The notes: generated by a model from the letters alone, not told the origin. A stretch of DNA of 64,000 nt from Nitrospirota bacterium (GCA_027021335.1 JALUUO010000111.1:498-64497); one strand, 5' to 3'. Shown: positions 8,980 through 19,532, numbered from the stretch's first letter. Translations and numbers: made by a program.

Positions 8980-11396
8980 TTCAAGCCCCTCTCTTTCACG
9001 ATTCGTGGCGTAATAAAAATCAGCAGCTCAGTAATCTCATCAATTTTACTGCTGGACTTAAACAGCCAGCCAAACCCTGGAATATCTCCAAGAATAGGGA
9101 TTTTAGTTTCACGCTCGGTAAAGTCCTTGGTGTATATCCCTCCTATCACTATTGTATCCCCATCCTTAACCAGCGCCTGCGAGGTCACCTCGTTCAAATC
9201 AATGCTGGGACCATCTGGCGTATTAACACCAACTGCGTTGCGGGTAACAAGCAGTTTCAGTTGAATATATCCGCCTGGCGTGATCTTAGGCGTAACCTTA
9301 AGACTCAAAGTGGCATCAACAAACTCTGTCTGTGTGCCCTCCTGGGAAACCGACTTATACGGAATTTGCGTACCCTGCTTAACCTCTGCCTCTTCATTGT
9401 CCATGGTCATTATTCTGGGATTCGAAAGCGTTCTGCCTCCATTTAATTCCTCTAAAGCAGCCAGCTGTACATCCAGGGTAAGAGCATCAGCTATACTTCC
9501 AAGGGATATGGACATATTCGGGTCTATGCCTCCAAATCCCACATTGGTTGCCAGAGATCCACCTATCCTGTTTGGAAACTGCACACCGGTAGGGTTGCCA
9601 TGAGCGGCATCCAAATTCAATGTTCCAGACCAGTCGATTCCCAGATCCTTTGCAGTGCTGGTTCTTATGGTGACCATCCGGGCTTCTATCAGAACCTGCT
9701 GCTTGGGAATGTCTATTATTTTGACAAGGTCCATCAGCTTATCTATGCTTTCCTGGACATCCTGAATGATTATCATATTCATTCTTTTATCCACACTTAT
9801 ACGCCCTCTTGTTGTCATTATCTTACCCTGCCTAAGTGACGTATAAACATCCTGTGCATTTGCATAGTTTAATGCAATTGCACGCTGATATAGTTCTCCG
9901 GCTCTGAGCTTAGAGTCCCTGCTTTTGGCAACAGTATCCTGTTCACTGGCAAAAATTTCCGGTGGAGCAACCCTAAGAATGTTACCCTCGATCACCTTCT
10001 TCTGTCCGGACAACTTAAGAACAATGTCCAAAGCTTGATCCCAGGGAACATTCTTAAGATTCAAACTAGGAATTCGTCCTTTGACTTCAGGGTGAATAGC
10101 AAGGTTGTATCCCCCAACGTCAGCCAATAACCTGAGTATTTGAACCACATCGGCATCCTGAAAGTCTAGAGATATTCTCTTACCGGCATGAGTCATAGCC
10201 TTATCTGCCAGTGGCACAGCTTCTACCTGAGCGATATCTTTAGTTAGATCCTTTGGCTCTTCCACTACTGCCACTTCCGAACCTGCTTCAACCGTGGTGG
10301 CATCAAAAACTGCAGCAGGCGGAACTATAGAAACAATAATACCTGCCGGTCCTGTGCTAACATCATACTCGGTTGTTTCATAAAGGTCGATCACTACTCT
10401 TGTTTTATCCCTGTAAGCTCCAGCCCGTATTGCCTTTATAGGTGAAACTACAGACTCAACAGCACCGGTTACCGCCGGAGATGCCCCAGGAACATCCACA
10501 ATAATACGTCTTCTACCAACAGCGTAAACATCAGGCTCTACTTCTTTATCAGTAGCAATTTCCACATTAACCCGACCGTCAAAACTCCCAACCGTGATAC
10601 CTGTGATAGTAGAGACGGCCGGAGCACCGGCATTTTCAATCTCGGCTGAAGCGGCCACTTTTTCCTCTTTAACCACAGCTCCAACCTCGGCTGAAGATTG
10701 AGCATTTTCTTCGGCCGCGGCAAGATCGGCTTGTTCGGCCTGCCCGCCGTGAACACCTTGGTCGGACGAGAGACCATCGGCAGGCGAAGTCTGATCCGCC
10801 TCTTCCGTATGTTTCGGTTTTGCTGCTACAGCGACAATACCGGACAAGGCCTGAGCTTCAGTTTCAGGCGCTGGAGATTCTTCTTCTATCGCCGATACAC
10901 TTTCTATCGCTGGTACGCTCTCTGCTTCTGCTACAGGTGGAGAAGCAGGTACTGCCGCCGCAAGAGACTGAGACTTTGGTATTTCCAGTAATAGATGATT
11001 TCCCTCGATTCTGGGCGCAATATCGATAGGAGCCGTCAAGCCAATCTCAAAACGGGCCATAGGCGATGGAGTTTTAATCTGTTTAGGAACTATTTCAAAA
11101 ATGGAATCCTTGTCAACCAGGATTCTCTGCGTATGTTCACCTAAGTTGGCTGCCGTAAGTTCCACAACAACACGAAAAGGATCAGACGGCTTGTACATTG
11201 TAAAAACAAGCGGCATGTCTGCTTCTATGTCAATAATTTGTCTGTCGCTTTTGTCGATTACCTTAACGCTTTTGATCGAAGGACCTTGGGATACAACAGG
11301 AGTTTTTTCCACCTGAGCGCCTGCCGAGCCATAACCGGCAAAAGCAAAAATAAGAAAAAAAAGCAGAAAGAAAGACCGGGATCTATTCTTCATCAT
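8976..11396 (-). CDS. pilQ: Type IV pilus secretin PilQ
   Basis: N-terminal AMIN-like domains separated by an Ala/Glu/Pro-rich linker, a secretin N domain, and a C-terminal secretin domain (…ELLIFITPRIV). The gene follows pilMNOP. Confidence 0.9.
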   Translation of the reverse strand: MMKNRSRSFFLLFFLIFAFAGYGSAGAQVEKTPVVSQGPSIKSVKVIDKSDRQIIDIEADMPLVFTMYKPSDPFRVVVELTAANLGEHTQRILVDKDSIFEIVPKQIKTPSPMARFEIGLTAPIDIAPRIEGNHLLLEIPKSQSLAAAVPASPPVAEAESVPAIESVSAIEEESPAPETEAQALSGIVAVAAKPKHTEEADQTSPADGLSSDQGVHGGQAEQADLAAAEENAQSSAEVGAVVKEEKVAASAEIENAGAPAVSTITGITVGSFDGRVNVEIATDKEVEPDVYAVGRRRIIVDVPGASPAVTGAVESVVSPIKAIRAGAYRDKTRVVIDLYETTEYDVSTGPAGIIVSIVPPAAVFDATTVEAGSEVAVVEEPKDLTKDIAQVEAVPLADKAMTHAGKRISLDFQDADVVQILRLLADVGGYNLAIHPEVKGRIPSLNLKNVPWDQALDIVLKLSGQKKVIEGNILRVAPPEIFASEQDTVAKSRDSKLRAGELYQRAIALNYANAQDVYTSLRQGKIMTTRGRISVDKRMNMIIIQDVQESIDKLMDLVKIIDIPKQQVLIEARMVTIRTSTAKDLGIDWSGTLNLDAAHGNPTGVQFPNRIGGSLATNVGFGGIDPNMSISLGSIADALTLDVQLAALEELNGGRTLSNPRIMTMDNEEAEVKQGTQIPYKSVSQEGTQTEFVDATLSLKVTPKITPGGYIQLKLLVTRNAVGVNTPDGPSIDLNEVTSQALVKDGDTIVIGGIYTKDFTERETKIPILGDIPGFGWLFKSSSKIDEITELLIFITPRIVKERGLK

Positions 11397-11950
11397 TCCT
11401 CCTCTTTTCGGAGTTCCAAATACGTGGTCTGCGGTGTCACCTCTATTTCACCCCTATAATTATAATTTTCTATCATTTCGACTATCTGCACAGAATTAAG
11501 ATTTATTTTTGTCACCTCTCCATTGTTCAAGCCTATATGGGTTCCTTTTCTCACCATAAAGCCCTTTCCATCAGGGGCAACAAGCATCGCGACATTTCCA
11601 TCCTTTACTGCGACTATTCCAATAAGCTTAAAGCTGCTGATGTCGTAACTTTCAAGTGGCGAGAGCCCCTTGGTTACCCTTTTCTTTTTCCTATCAGCCG
11701 GAGCAACAGCCTTAATAAGGCTTTTAAATGGATCGCGTTTTCCGGCATGAGTGTAGGAGAGAGTTTCCCTGTTTGTTATTTCAGCTGCTCTCGCAGCCGG
11801 GTCAAACTTAAGTTCCGGCTCCATTTTTTTTGCGGCAGGCTTTACAACAGGTGTTGTTTTTTTCGCTTCGCATCCAGGAAAAAATAACGCGGATACAACT
11901 ATAATACTAAACAGGAGCAGAAGTATATCACTTTTTTTAGCCCACGCCAT
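11393..11950 (-). CDS. pilP: Type IV pilus assembly lipoprotein PilP
   Basis: Lipobox FFPGCEA, ~185 aa, position between pilO and pilQ, 4-nt overlap with pilQ. Confidence 0.75.
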   Translation of the reverse strand: MAWAKKSDILLLLFSIIVVSALFFPGCEAKKTTPVVKPAAKKMEPELKFDPAARAAEITNRETLSYTHAGKRDPFKSLIKAVAPADRKKKRVTKGLSPLESYDISSFKLIGIVAVKDGNVAMLVAPDGKGFMVRKGTHIGLNNGEVTKINLNSVQIVEMIENYNYRGEIEVTPQTTYLELRKEEE

Positions 11951-11952
11951 GC

Positions 11953-12588
11953 CTAAGGTGTACCCCCTCCACTTTGCCCTGTATTGGATGTTGCAGCAAA
12001 AGCGGTAGCTACAAACTGTACGTCAAGCAGGTTTCCGGCAGCAGCATTTTCACTCTGTTTTTTACTGTCGGAGACCTTAATTTCCGAAATGTTAACTATT
12101 CTGGTCATAGCGCTTATCTGGCTAAAAAATCTTCCCAGGTTGTGATATCCGCCTGTAACGACAACCTTTACCGGAATCTCATCATAAAGCCCGCTAGGAT
12201 TCGTCCTTTTCTGTCCCGGAATCCAGGAAATAATTTCAAGTCCTGATGCCAGACCGAGATCCGAAATCTGACGTAAAAGACCGGACACCTCTTTCTCTTC
12301 CGGCAACTGCTCCTGGAGTTCCTTCAACCGTGCCTGCAACCATTCATTTTCAGCCTTCAACACCACCAGGCGTCTCGCCTTTGTCTCCTTAATGCTGATC
12401 TCATTCTCCTGTTTTTGTATCTGCATTAACAGACTGTTTATTTTCTTATTTTTCGGCTGATACTGAACAAAGTAGAACGCTACCACAAGCAAGACCGGAG
12501 CCAGAATCACGATAATTATCTGAACCCAGCCGGGCAGTTTGTTGATAGAGTTAAGGTTGAAATCTGTTTTTAATGCCAAAGCAGCCAT
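11953..12588 (-). CDS. pilO: Type IV pilus assembly protein PilO
   Basis: Single N-terminal TM followed by a coiled-coil, ~210 aa, positioned between pilN and pilP. Confidence 0.75.
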   Translation of the reverse strand: MAALALKTDFNLNSINKLPGWVQIIIVILAPVLLVVAFYFVQYQPKNKKINSLLMQIQKQENEISIKETKARRLVVLKAENEWLQARLKELQEQLPEEKEVSGLLRQISDLGLASGLEIISWIPGQKRTNPSGLYDEIPVKVVVTGGYHNLGRFFSQISAMTRIVNISEIKVSDSKKQSENAAAGNLLDVQFVATAFAATSNTGQSGGGTP

Positions 12589-12597
12589 AAAACCCCA

Positions 12598-13137
12598 TTA
12601 AACCTTCATATGCATCATAATCTTGAAAGAGTAGACAGGCACATCCTCAATATTAATCTTCTTTGTCTCAACAAGCACAACATTCGAAAAGTACTCTGAT
12701 CCTTTCAAGCTATCCACAAAAGTTACAATCTCGGCATTTGAAAAACCTTTGCCCGAAATTTTAATCAGCCAGTTGTTTTCCTCCAGGGAGTCAAGCCAAA
12801 CACCGCCTGTTACCCTTGATACCATCTCAACCATAAGGCGGACCGGCGCGTTCTGAGTCTGTTGCAGCCGTTCTATTATATTTTTCTTTTCTTCAAATGC
12901 CTTGTTGTTCGCCTCGTAGTTTTGAACCTCTCTGATTTGTTTATCCAGTTCAGCAATCTTTTTTTGATTGTTCTGCCTTTGTACCGTATAACTTTTAATT
13001 TTTTTATTTAAATAAGAGGAAGTGTAAGCAAGCCCGATAGCAGTACAAAAAAGTATCACAACCAGAGCGCCAATAAAAGGAGGAACAGGAATGGGTTTCT
13101 TTCGCCTTTTTACAGGAAGGAGATTGATTCTGATCAT
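12598..13137 (-). CDS. pilN: Type IV pilus assembly protein PilN
   Basis: MIRINLLP N-terminus, a TM segment, ~180 aa, and a 4-nt overlap with pilM. Confidence 0.8.
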   Translation of the reverse strand: MIRINLLPVKRRKKPIPVPPFIGALVVILFCTAIGLAYTSSYLNKKIKSYTVQRQNNQKKIAELDKQIREVQNYEANNKAFEEKKNIIERLQQTQNAPVRLMVEMVSRVTGGVWLDSLEENNWLIKISGKGFSNAEIVTFVDSLKGSEYFSNVVLVETKKINIEDVPVYSFKIMMHMKV

Positions 13138-14255
13138 CTGTCCCCAATCCTCCTTACTGCCAAACCCATAGCAATTACCAGCTGGGGAGCGACTTCCCTC
13201 AGCATATCCTTATCCAGTGTCTTTCCTATTCGGACGTTACGAAATGGGTCTATCATCTCAACTTCCATGCCGGTAAGCTCAGCCAGCCTCTGCTGAAAGC
13301 CTTTTATCAAAATACATCCACCGGAAAGCATCACTTTATGAACATCCTCATGCATAAAGGTTCCTTTAAAGTAGTCAAGGGAACGCGAAATCTCGTTAAT
13401 TATGTCTTCGGATGAATTCTGGATTATCGCATCTGCATCTTCTTCCGAAACTTCCTCTATCGTTTCCCCATGCTTAAGGCGTTCCGCATCCTCAAAAGTA
13501 AGGCCCAGCTCCTTCTGGATCGCCTCTGTCTGAATATTACTGCCAACCGAACTATCACGAGTGAAAACCGAAACCCCGCTTTTTAATATATTCAAATTGA
13601 TACGACTTGCCCCCACGTTTACCAGAGCCACGTTCTGCTCCGACTCAATGTCGTAATTAATCTCGTAAGCATTCTCCAGGGCAAAAGCATCCACATCCAC
13701 AACAGCCGGGGTAAGGTCAGCCTCCTGCACAACCGATACATACTCGTTGATTTTGTCCTTTTTGACAGCGACAAGGAGAACCTCCATCTGGTCCGCCTCT
13801 TCCGTGGGACCCAGTATATGGAAGTCCAGGTTTACATCATCAATATCAAATGGAATATATTGTTCGGCTTCGAAACGGATAGATTCCGTCAACTCATCCT
13901 CTGTCATTTCAGGTAGCGTTATTCTTTTTATAATGACAGATGAATGCCCCGATACGGAAATGGTTACGTTTTTAGTCTTGATTCCGGTGTTTTGAAATAA
14001 AGCTTTAAGGCCATCAACAACTCGAAGAGAGTCAAGTATCGATCCATCAACAATCAGTTCGGGTTCTATCGGCATTATACCAAACCGCTCGACCTGAAAA
14101 CCTTTAGATGTATCTTTTATCTCTATAACCTTGATATATCGCGAGCCTATATCCAGGCCGACAATCCGCTGGCTTCTAAAAAATGAGAGCAATTCAGAGA
14201 ATGGATCTAAAATTGACATACAAACGTTTTTAACAGAATGACTGATGTTTGTCAA
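13134..14255 (-). CDS. pilM: Type IV pilus assembly ATPase-fold protein PilM
   Basis: Actin/FtsA-like fold with VGLDIGSRYIKVIE near the N-terminus. First gene of pilMNOPQ. The start may be the internal ATG at 14219. Confidence 0.85.
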   Translation of the reverse strand: MTNISHSVKNVCMSILDPFSELLSFFRSQRIVGLDIGSRYIKVIEIKDTSKGFQVERFGIMPIEPELIVDGSILDSLRVVDGLKALFQNTGIKTKNVTISVSGHSSVIIKRITLPEMTEDELTESIRFEAEQYIPFDIDDVNLDFHILGPTEEADQMEVLLVAVKKDKINEYVSVVQEADLTPAVVDVDAFALENAYEINYDIESEQNVALVNVGASRINLNILKSGVSVFTRDSSVGSNIQTEAIQKELGLTFEDAERLKHGETIEEVSEEDADAIIQNSSEDIINEISRSLDYFKGTFMHEDVHKVMLSGGCILIKGFQQRLAELTGMEVEMIDPFRNVRIGKTLDKDMLREVAPQLVIAMGLAVRRIGDR

Positions 14256-14259
14256 GCTT

Positions 14260-15420
14260 TTATTTGTCTTCTTCTTTGTTTTTTTCCTTCTCGGACTTCT
14301 TTCTAAATCTCTTTAATTCCGCCAAAGTCTCATAAGTTACGGGAGTACTTTCAAGATACAGACTACGTGAAGGAAAGGCAACAGACATGCCAAGATCTTC
14401 GACTATCTCCATAATTTTAAGGTTCACATCAGTACGAACTTTTAGGTACTCGCCCCACACTGTTGTTTTACTGAAAAAATAGAGGAATATCTCGAGAGCG
14501 CTATCACCAAAATCAGTAAATTCAACAAAAACAGTCTGTTGGTGAATCTCAGGATGCTTACGAAGCATATCTTCTATGCGATTAAGGCATTCAACCATCT
14601 GGCTCCTTTTAGTGGAGTAAGTAACGCCAAGCTTGTAAGTTATGCGCCGTTTTCCCATTCGGCTCCAATTGGTAATGCTGTCGGATGCCATCATAGAATT
14701 GGGCACTGTAACAAGCGCCTGAGCAAAAGTGCGTACACGCGTAGAACGAAATGCAATTTCTTCCACCGTGCCTTCGACATTATTCGTTTTTATCCAGTCA
14801 CCTACCACAAATGGTTTATCAACCAGAATCATCATACATCCGAAAAAGTTAGACACCGTATCTTTGGCCGCCAGGGCAAAGGCCAGGCCGCCTAAGCCCA
14901 GCCCTGCTACCAGGCCTCCCACATCGTAGCCCCACTCCTGCACCAGGATCACCACACCGAGCGCGACAACAAGTGTTCTGATGGACCTCTGAAGAATAGG
15001 CATCATGTAGTCGTCCAGAGTAGTTTCGGTCTTTCTGGCAAGACTCTCCAGCATGGAAGAAAGCACAGAGGCCGCCCTGTATGCCGCCCATATAATCGAG
15101 AAAGCCACAATAGAGCGGATTAAGTGTCTTGTAAAATCAGCCGCATCAGGAGGCAATCGAAGAATTACTCCGAAAATCCATACGGCAAGGGCTACAAAAA
15201 GAAGCCTTACAGGCGGGGTTATTGTATCAAGGAGGCTGTCGTCCAGCTTGGTTTTTGTCTTCTTGGTCCATATCCTTGCAAATCCAAAGACAATTCTGGT
15301 AAACATTCGGCGAAGAATCAGGATTCCCAGAAAGGCCAGGAAGGCAAAGGTAATTCTGCTTAGGCTTACATTCAGAAAAGAATAGTCAAACAGTGATTTT
15401 ATCTGACTTAAGATGTCCAT
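14260..15420 (-). CDS. Mechanosensitive ion channel, MscS family
   Basis: Multiple TM helices followed by an MscS beta-domain (GTVEEIAFRSTRVRTFAQALVTVPNS). The ATG at 15420 has a GAGGGA RBS, whereas the ORF track start at 15486 overlaps sirC. Confidence 0.8.
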   Translation of the reverse strand: MDILSQIKSLFDYSFLNVSLSRITFAFLAFLGILILRRMFTRIVFGFARIWTKKTKTKLDDSLLDTITPPVRLLFVALAVWIFGVILRLPPDAADFTRHLIRSIVAFSIIWAAYRAASVLSSMLESLARKTETTLDDYMMPILQRSIRTLVVALGVVILVQEWGYDVGGLVAGLGLGGLAFALAAKDTVSNFFGCMMILVDKPFVVGDWIKTNNVEGTVEEIAFRSTRVRTFAQALVTVPNSMMASDSITNWSRMGKRRITYKLGVTYSTKRSQMVECLNRIEDMLRKHPEIHQQTVFVEFTDFGDSALEIFLYFFSKTTVWGEYLKVRTDVNLKIMEIVEDLGMSVAFPSRSLYLESTPVTYETLAELKRFRKKSEKEKNKEEDK

Positions 15421-15442
15421 TAACTCCCTCTTCCACCATCTC

Positions 15443-16021
15443 TCACTTTTTTCCCCGGATTTTATCCGGCACGCACCGGGCTCCAAGAGCCTTCAGGTAG
15501 CGTTTTCTCTCAAGCGGATCGGAAATTTCTCTAAGTGCCTTTTCTCTCTTAATCTTTACTTGGCCTAGATACTTCTTGAACTCAGGACCGTAGAAATCCT
15601 CCAGTTCAAGTCGTATAGCACGCGCCAAAGCCGGACTGATACCTCCTGTGGATACCGCAATCAGAAGGGCACCCCTGTTTATGCTGGAAGGCACGATAAA
15701 ATTTGAAAGATCTGCACAATCAACCACGTTACAAAGCAGCGGTGCATCGCGCGCCACGCGCATATTAACATCCTTAGAGTCTGTGGCCGCAATAGCCAGG
15801 AAGGAACTCTTCAGATCGCCCCTGCGATAACGCCGTTTTATATGAGTTACGTTCCCCTTTTCAACATGTCTTTTCAGCCTGGCGGTAATTGCAGGACTTA
15901 TCACAACCACACTGGCCCCTGCTTTAAGAAGAGAACGCACTTTTCTCTCTGCAACACGGCCGCCGCCGACCACTACTGTTTTTTTTCCTGCCAGATCAAG
16001 GAACGCCGGGTAATAGGACAT
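15443..16021 (-). CDS. sirC: Precorrin-2 dehydrogenase / sirohydrochlorin ferrochelatase (siroheme synthase N-terminal domain, SirC/CysG-N-like)
   Basis: FLDLAGKKTVVVGGGRVAERKVRSLLKAGASVVVISP Rossmann motif resembling the CysG N-terminus; ~190 aa. Confidence 0.75.
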   Translation of the reverse strand: MSYYPAFLDLAGKKTVVVGGGRVAERKVRSLLKAGASVVVISPAITARLKRHVEKGNVTHIKRRYRRGDLKSSFLAIAATDSKDVNMRVARDAPLLCNVVDCADLSNFIVPSSINRGALLIAVSTGGISPALARAIRLELEDFYGPEFKKYLGQVKIKREKALREISDPLERKRYLKALGARCVPDKIRGKK

Positions 16022-16836
16022 TAGGGGGATAACGATAATGTATCAAGGATCTCACGGGCTCTGGCAGCCTGCTTGCTCGAAGGATACCTGGAGACCAGCA
16101 AAGACAATATTTCCCCGGCCTTGCCGGTATTGTCCATCTCTTTGTAAGCCCGTCCAAGTTTAAGCAACACATCAACTTCCACTGTGGACTCAGGAAAATC
16201 TTTAAGAAGACCTTCAAATCGGCCAATAGCCGCCCTATAGGCACCTTTTTTTAAATAGAACGACCCAACATAATCCTCGTATTCTGCAAGCAGGTTGTTA
16301 CACTTGACGATTTTTGCTAACGCAGACTTACGATACCGGTTGTTCCGGTACCTTTTTAGAAGATTATGAAACTCTCTTCTAGCGATTAAAATATTTTCGA
16401 AACTGCGATCAACAGAATCTATCTGCTCGAAATAGCTAAGAGCCAGCATATACTGGGCATAAGGAGCCTTTTTATGATAGGTATGAAGGTCCAGAAAAGC
16501 CTTGTACTCTATGGCAGCCTCCATATGTTTTCCTTGGGCAAAATAAGAGTCTGCTATCAAAATAAGAGCATTTACATAGTATTTTTTTTCAGCATCCCTG
16601 GCTTTAAGCGCCTCCAGGAGTTCCCGCGTTCTTTCGAAGTTTTTATCTTTAAACTCCTTTCTAGCCTCCTTCAGTAGTTCTGCAGGCGGCCTGTTCATCG
16701 GATCGGCCATTATGGATGCACAGCCGATGAAGAAGAGTAAAAAAGGTATTATAAAAGTAAAACGGATTATTCTCATGATTATGTTTAATACCCTTTTTAA
16801 GCATACACAGTCAACCGTAGAGCTTTTTACAGCCAT
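16021..16836 (-). CDS. bamD: TPR lipoprotein, probable outer-membrane assembly factor BamD (alternatively a pilotin-type TPR lipoprotein)
   Basis: Lipobox FFIGCAS, TPR repeats, ~250-270 aa. Start is uncertain (16836 or 16776); neither has a good RBS. Confidence 0.5.
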   Translation of the reverse strand: MAVKSSTVDCVCLKRVLNIIMRIIRFTFIIPFLLFFIGCASIMADPMNRPPAELLKEARKEFKDKNFERTRELLEALKARDAEKKYYVNALILIADSYFAQGKHMEAAIEYKAFLDLHTYHKKAPYAQYMLALSYFEQIDSVDRSFENILIARREFHNLLKRYRNNRYRKSALAKIVKCNNLLAEYEDYVGSFYLKKGAYRAAIGRFEGLLKDFPESTVEVDVLLKLGRAYKEMDNTGKAGEILSLLVSRYPSSKQAARAREILDTLSLSP

Positions 16837-16913
16837 AAGGAGATAAAACAGGATATCGAAATGGACAATAAACTCAAAATCTTAACAGAATCAGATACCT
16901 GTTCCTTAAATTA

Positions 16914-18284
16914 ATGCTGCTATCCAGGCACAACCTTCTAAAGAAGCTTCGAAATTGGAGCGAAACTCGTGGAATTTCTGAAAAATTCTATCTTGTAGGA
17001 GGCTCGGTCAGGGACCTTCTGCTTGGAAACTTCCCTTCAGACATAGACGTGGCTGTTGAAAGTGACAGCATGAGGCTGGCCCGGACATTCGCCGCCGAGG
17101 CAGGAGCCCGCCTGGTAGTTCTAAGCAAAGAGTTTCAAAGCGTCCGTGTAGTGCAGAACGGGGAACACCTGGACTTTTCCGACCTTAGAGCCGAGTCACT
17201 TGAAAATGATCTAAAGGCCAGGGATTTTACAATTGATGCCATTGCACTTCCTATCAGGGCAGTAAACCTTAATAAGCAAATAATAGACCCCTGTAACGGC
17301 CTGGCTGACTTAAACAGTGGCATTATTCGCATGATAGCTGAAAAAAACATTTGTGAAGATCCTCTAAGGCTCCTTAGGGCCTTCCGGATCGAAGCAGTAC
17401 TCGGTTTTTCAGTAGAAGAAAAAACAGCACAAGCGATCAAACGTCATGCACACCTCATAACCGGTATTGCCGGAGAGCGAATCTTCACAGAGCTAAAAGC
17501 CATCCTGGCATGCAGCAACAGCAGCCAAACAGTTGAGGCAATGGCAGAGACCGGCCTGCTGCCATGGATCTTTTCCAAAAGCGGAACCACCTGCAAACAT
17601 GTACCAAACGTTCTACCTAGAGAATCTCGACAGGCGGCCTACAGAGAAGTCGAAGGAATTCTTAGTAATCTTAATGAACATTTCGAGGACTCTTTACCAA
17701 TCGAAACTTATTTTAGAGATCCTAAACATCGTTTGCTCTTAAAGTTGGCCGTTCTTCTATATGATGTTGAAAGGCCAAAGTCATTGAGCGAAGCAGACAG
17801 CCTTGTCCGAAGAGTTGCCGCCAGGTTAAAAATCTCGCGCATAGAGATCAGTTACCTGGAACAGATCATTCCCAGACAGTCCCAGGTACAGCAACTGCTG
17901 GAAAGCCAAGACCATCAAAGAAAAACACTACTGGTTCGACTGATCCGGCAGTTGGGTAACGACATATATGCTCTTGTTGTTTTCAATCTGGCGATCACAA
18001 AGTATACAACCAAAACGCAAAAGGCCCTCTTTGCAGCGGTGCAACATCTTATGCAGATATATCACCAGGAGGTTCTTCCAAGGCTGAATAACCCTAGACT
18101 TATTACAGGAGACGATATAATTATGGAGTTTGCAATAGACCCGTCACCTGTTATTGGTGAAATTCTAGATAATGTGGACCAGGCATACCTGAAAGGATCT
18201 ATCAACTCACGGCAGGAAGCGGTAGAATTGGCAAGAAAAATTCTATCTGATAAAAAATTAGGGTATAATCAAAAAAATACATAA
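16914..18284 (+). CDS. cca: CCA tRNA nucleotidyltransferase / poly(A) polymerase family protein
   Basis: YLVGGSVRDLLLGNFPSDIDVAVE nucleotidyltransferase head motif. Confidence 0.75.
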   Translation: MLLSRHNLLKKLRNWSETRGISEKFYLVGGSVRDLLLGNFPSDIDVAVESDSMRLARTFAAEAGARLVVLSKEFQSVRVVQNGEHLDFSDLRAESLENDLKARDFTIDAIALPIRAVNLNKQIIDPCNGLADLNSGIIRMIAEKNICEDPLRLLRAFRIEAVLGFSVEEKTAQAIKRHAHLITGIAGERIFTELKAILACSNSSQTVEAMAETGLLPWIFSKSGTTCKHVPNVLPRESRQAAYREVEGILSNLNEHFEDSLPIETYFRDPKHRLLLKLAVLLYDVERPKSLSEADSLVRRVAARLKISRIEISYLEQIIPRQSQVQQLLESQDHQRKTLLVRLIRQLGNDIYALVVFNLAITKYTTKTQKALFAAVQHLMQIYHQEVLPRLNNPRLITGDDIIMEFAIDPSPVIGEILDNVDQAYLKGSINSRQEAVELARKILSDKKLGYNQKNT

Positions 18285-18372
18285 GAAACCCCTTAACTTA
18301 TGGAAATCCGGAAGAAAAAGAAAAACCGTTCTCACCACCTTACAGGCGAACATTGTATGGTTAATTCAAGCA

Positions 18373-19500
18373 GTGACAAAGATCTCAAAAACAAAGCCGC
18401 TTCGGAGCCGGCCGGCATATGTGCTAATGGAAAGTGCAAGCTCAGAAAAGAAGCGGGTGGGTGCTCCGGGTTTGAAGGCTGCCCCGGCTTCAAAGCACGA
18501 AACTAAAAGCGTGAACACGTTAAAAACAGAAGGCGCCTTAGTTATAGCGGCAGGCTTTTTCGCCTTTATTACAATATATACGTCGCTTTCGCTCCTGTAC
18601 ACCACGCCCAGGGACTCAACAGTAGATGTTAAAATTCCATCCGGTATCGGTTATCGCCGGGCTCTTTCGCTTTTTCATGAAAAAGAAGTGATCCAATCCG
18701 AGTTTCCACTTTTGATCCTCGGCCGTTTTGCAGGGGTCGAAAAAACTGTACGTCCCGGACTATACAGAATTCCTAAAAACGCCACTCCCTTGGATGTGTT
18801 TTACAAAATGAGATATGGGGAGACCGAAACCATAACCCTGACAGTGCCAGAGGGTTACAACCTGGAAGAAATTGCCATGGCAGTGGAAAAAGCCGGCTTT
18901 GCATCAAAAGATGAGTTTCTGCGCTATGCAAAGGATCAATCGTTAACCGGAAAGTTAGGATTTAATGCTCCCACGTTCGAGGGTTTTCTGTTTCCTGATA
19001 CCTACAAAATACCGGTGGATGCAGGGCCGGAAGATATAATTACAATAATGGTTAACCGCTTCCGGAAAGTATTCGGGCCGGAATTTAAAAAACAGCTAAC
19101 CGACTCTGGCATGACAACTCTTCAAGTAGTTACTCTTGCCTCGATAGTGGAGAAGGAGGCCAGAGAAAATTCCGAGCGCGGACTGATCGCAGCTGTCTAC
19201 CTTAATCGCTTAAAAAAAAGAATGCGGCTTGAAGCCGACCCTACAATTCTATACGGGGTGCGTTCCGCAGGAAAACCGATACGCCGCAGTGAAATAAGGC
19301 GCCGCACACCATATAATACATATGTTATAAAGGGTCTTCCACCCGGACCTATCGCCAACCCCGGGCTGGAGTCTATAAAGGCCGTGCTTTATCCGGCGGA
19401 TGTGGACTATCTTTACTTCGTAGCAAAAAACGACGGAACGCACCACTTTTCAAAAACCCTTAGGGAACATAACAGAGCAGTAAAAAAGTACCAACGTTGA
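18373..19500 (+). CDS. mltG: Endolytic murein transglycosylase MltG (YceG family)
   Basis: N-terminal TM then a YceG domain with LASIVEKEA, GLPPGPIANPG and YLYFVA motifs. The true start may be the downstream ATG at 18427. Confidence 0.8.
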   Translation: MTKISKTKPLRSRPAYVLMESASSEKKRVGAPGLKAAPASKHETKSVNTLKTEGALVIAAGFFAFITIYTSLSLLYTTPRDSTVDVKIPSGIGYRRALSLFHEKEVIQSEFPLLILGRFAGVEKTVRPGLYRIPKNATPLDVFYKMRYGETETITLTVPEGYNLEEIAMAVEKAGFASKDEFLRYAKDQSLTGKLGFNAPTFEGFLFPDTYKIPVDAGPEDIITIMVNRFRKVFGPEFKKQLTDSGMTTLQVVTLASIVEKEARENSERGLIAAVYLNRLKKRMRLEADPTILYGVRSAGKPIRRSEIRRRTPYNTYVIKGLPPGPIANPGLESIKAVLYPADVDYLYFVAKNDGTHHFSKTLREHNRAVKKYQR

Positions 19501-19532
19501 GATAAGTAATAGCCATTATAATTAATATCAAT

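Noticed and set aside
10698-10991. 97-aa Arg/Cys/Phe-rich plus-strand ORF inside pilQ
   Set aside because: It is antisense to the Ala/Glu-rich linker region of pilQ and has a biased composition typical of antisense translation of a low-complexity segment.
18300-18506. 68-aa Cys-containing ORF (CANGKCKLRKEAGGCSGFEGCPGF) overlapping the mltG 5' end
   Set aside because: It has no RBS and overlaps the N-terminus of MltG in another frame, so it is probably noise. It could only be revisited if MltG truly starts at 18427 or later.
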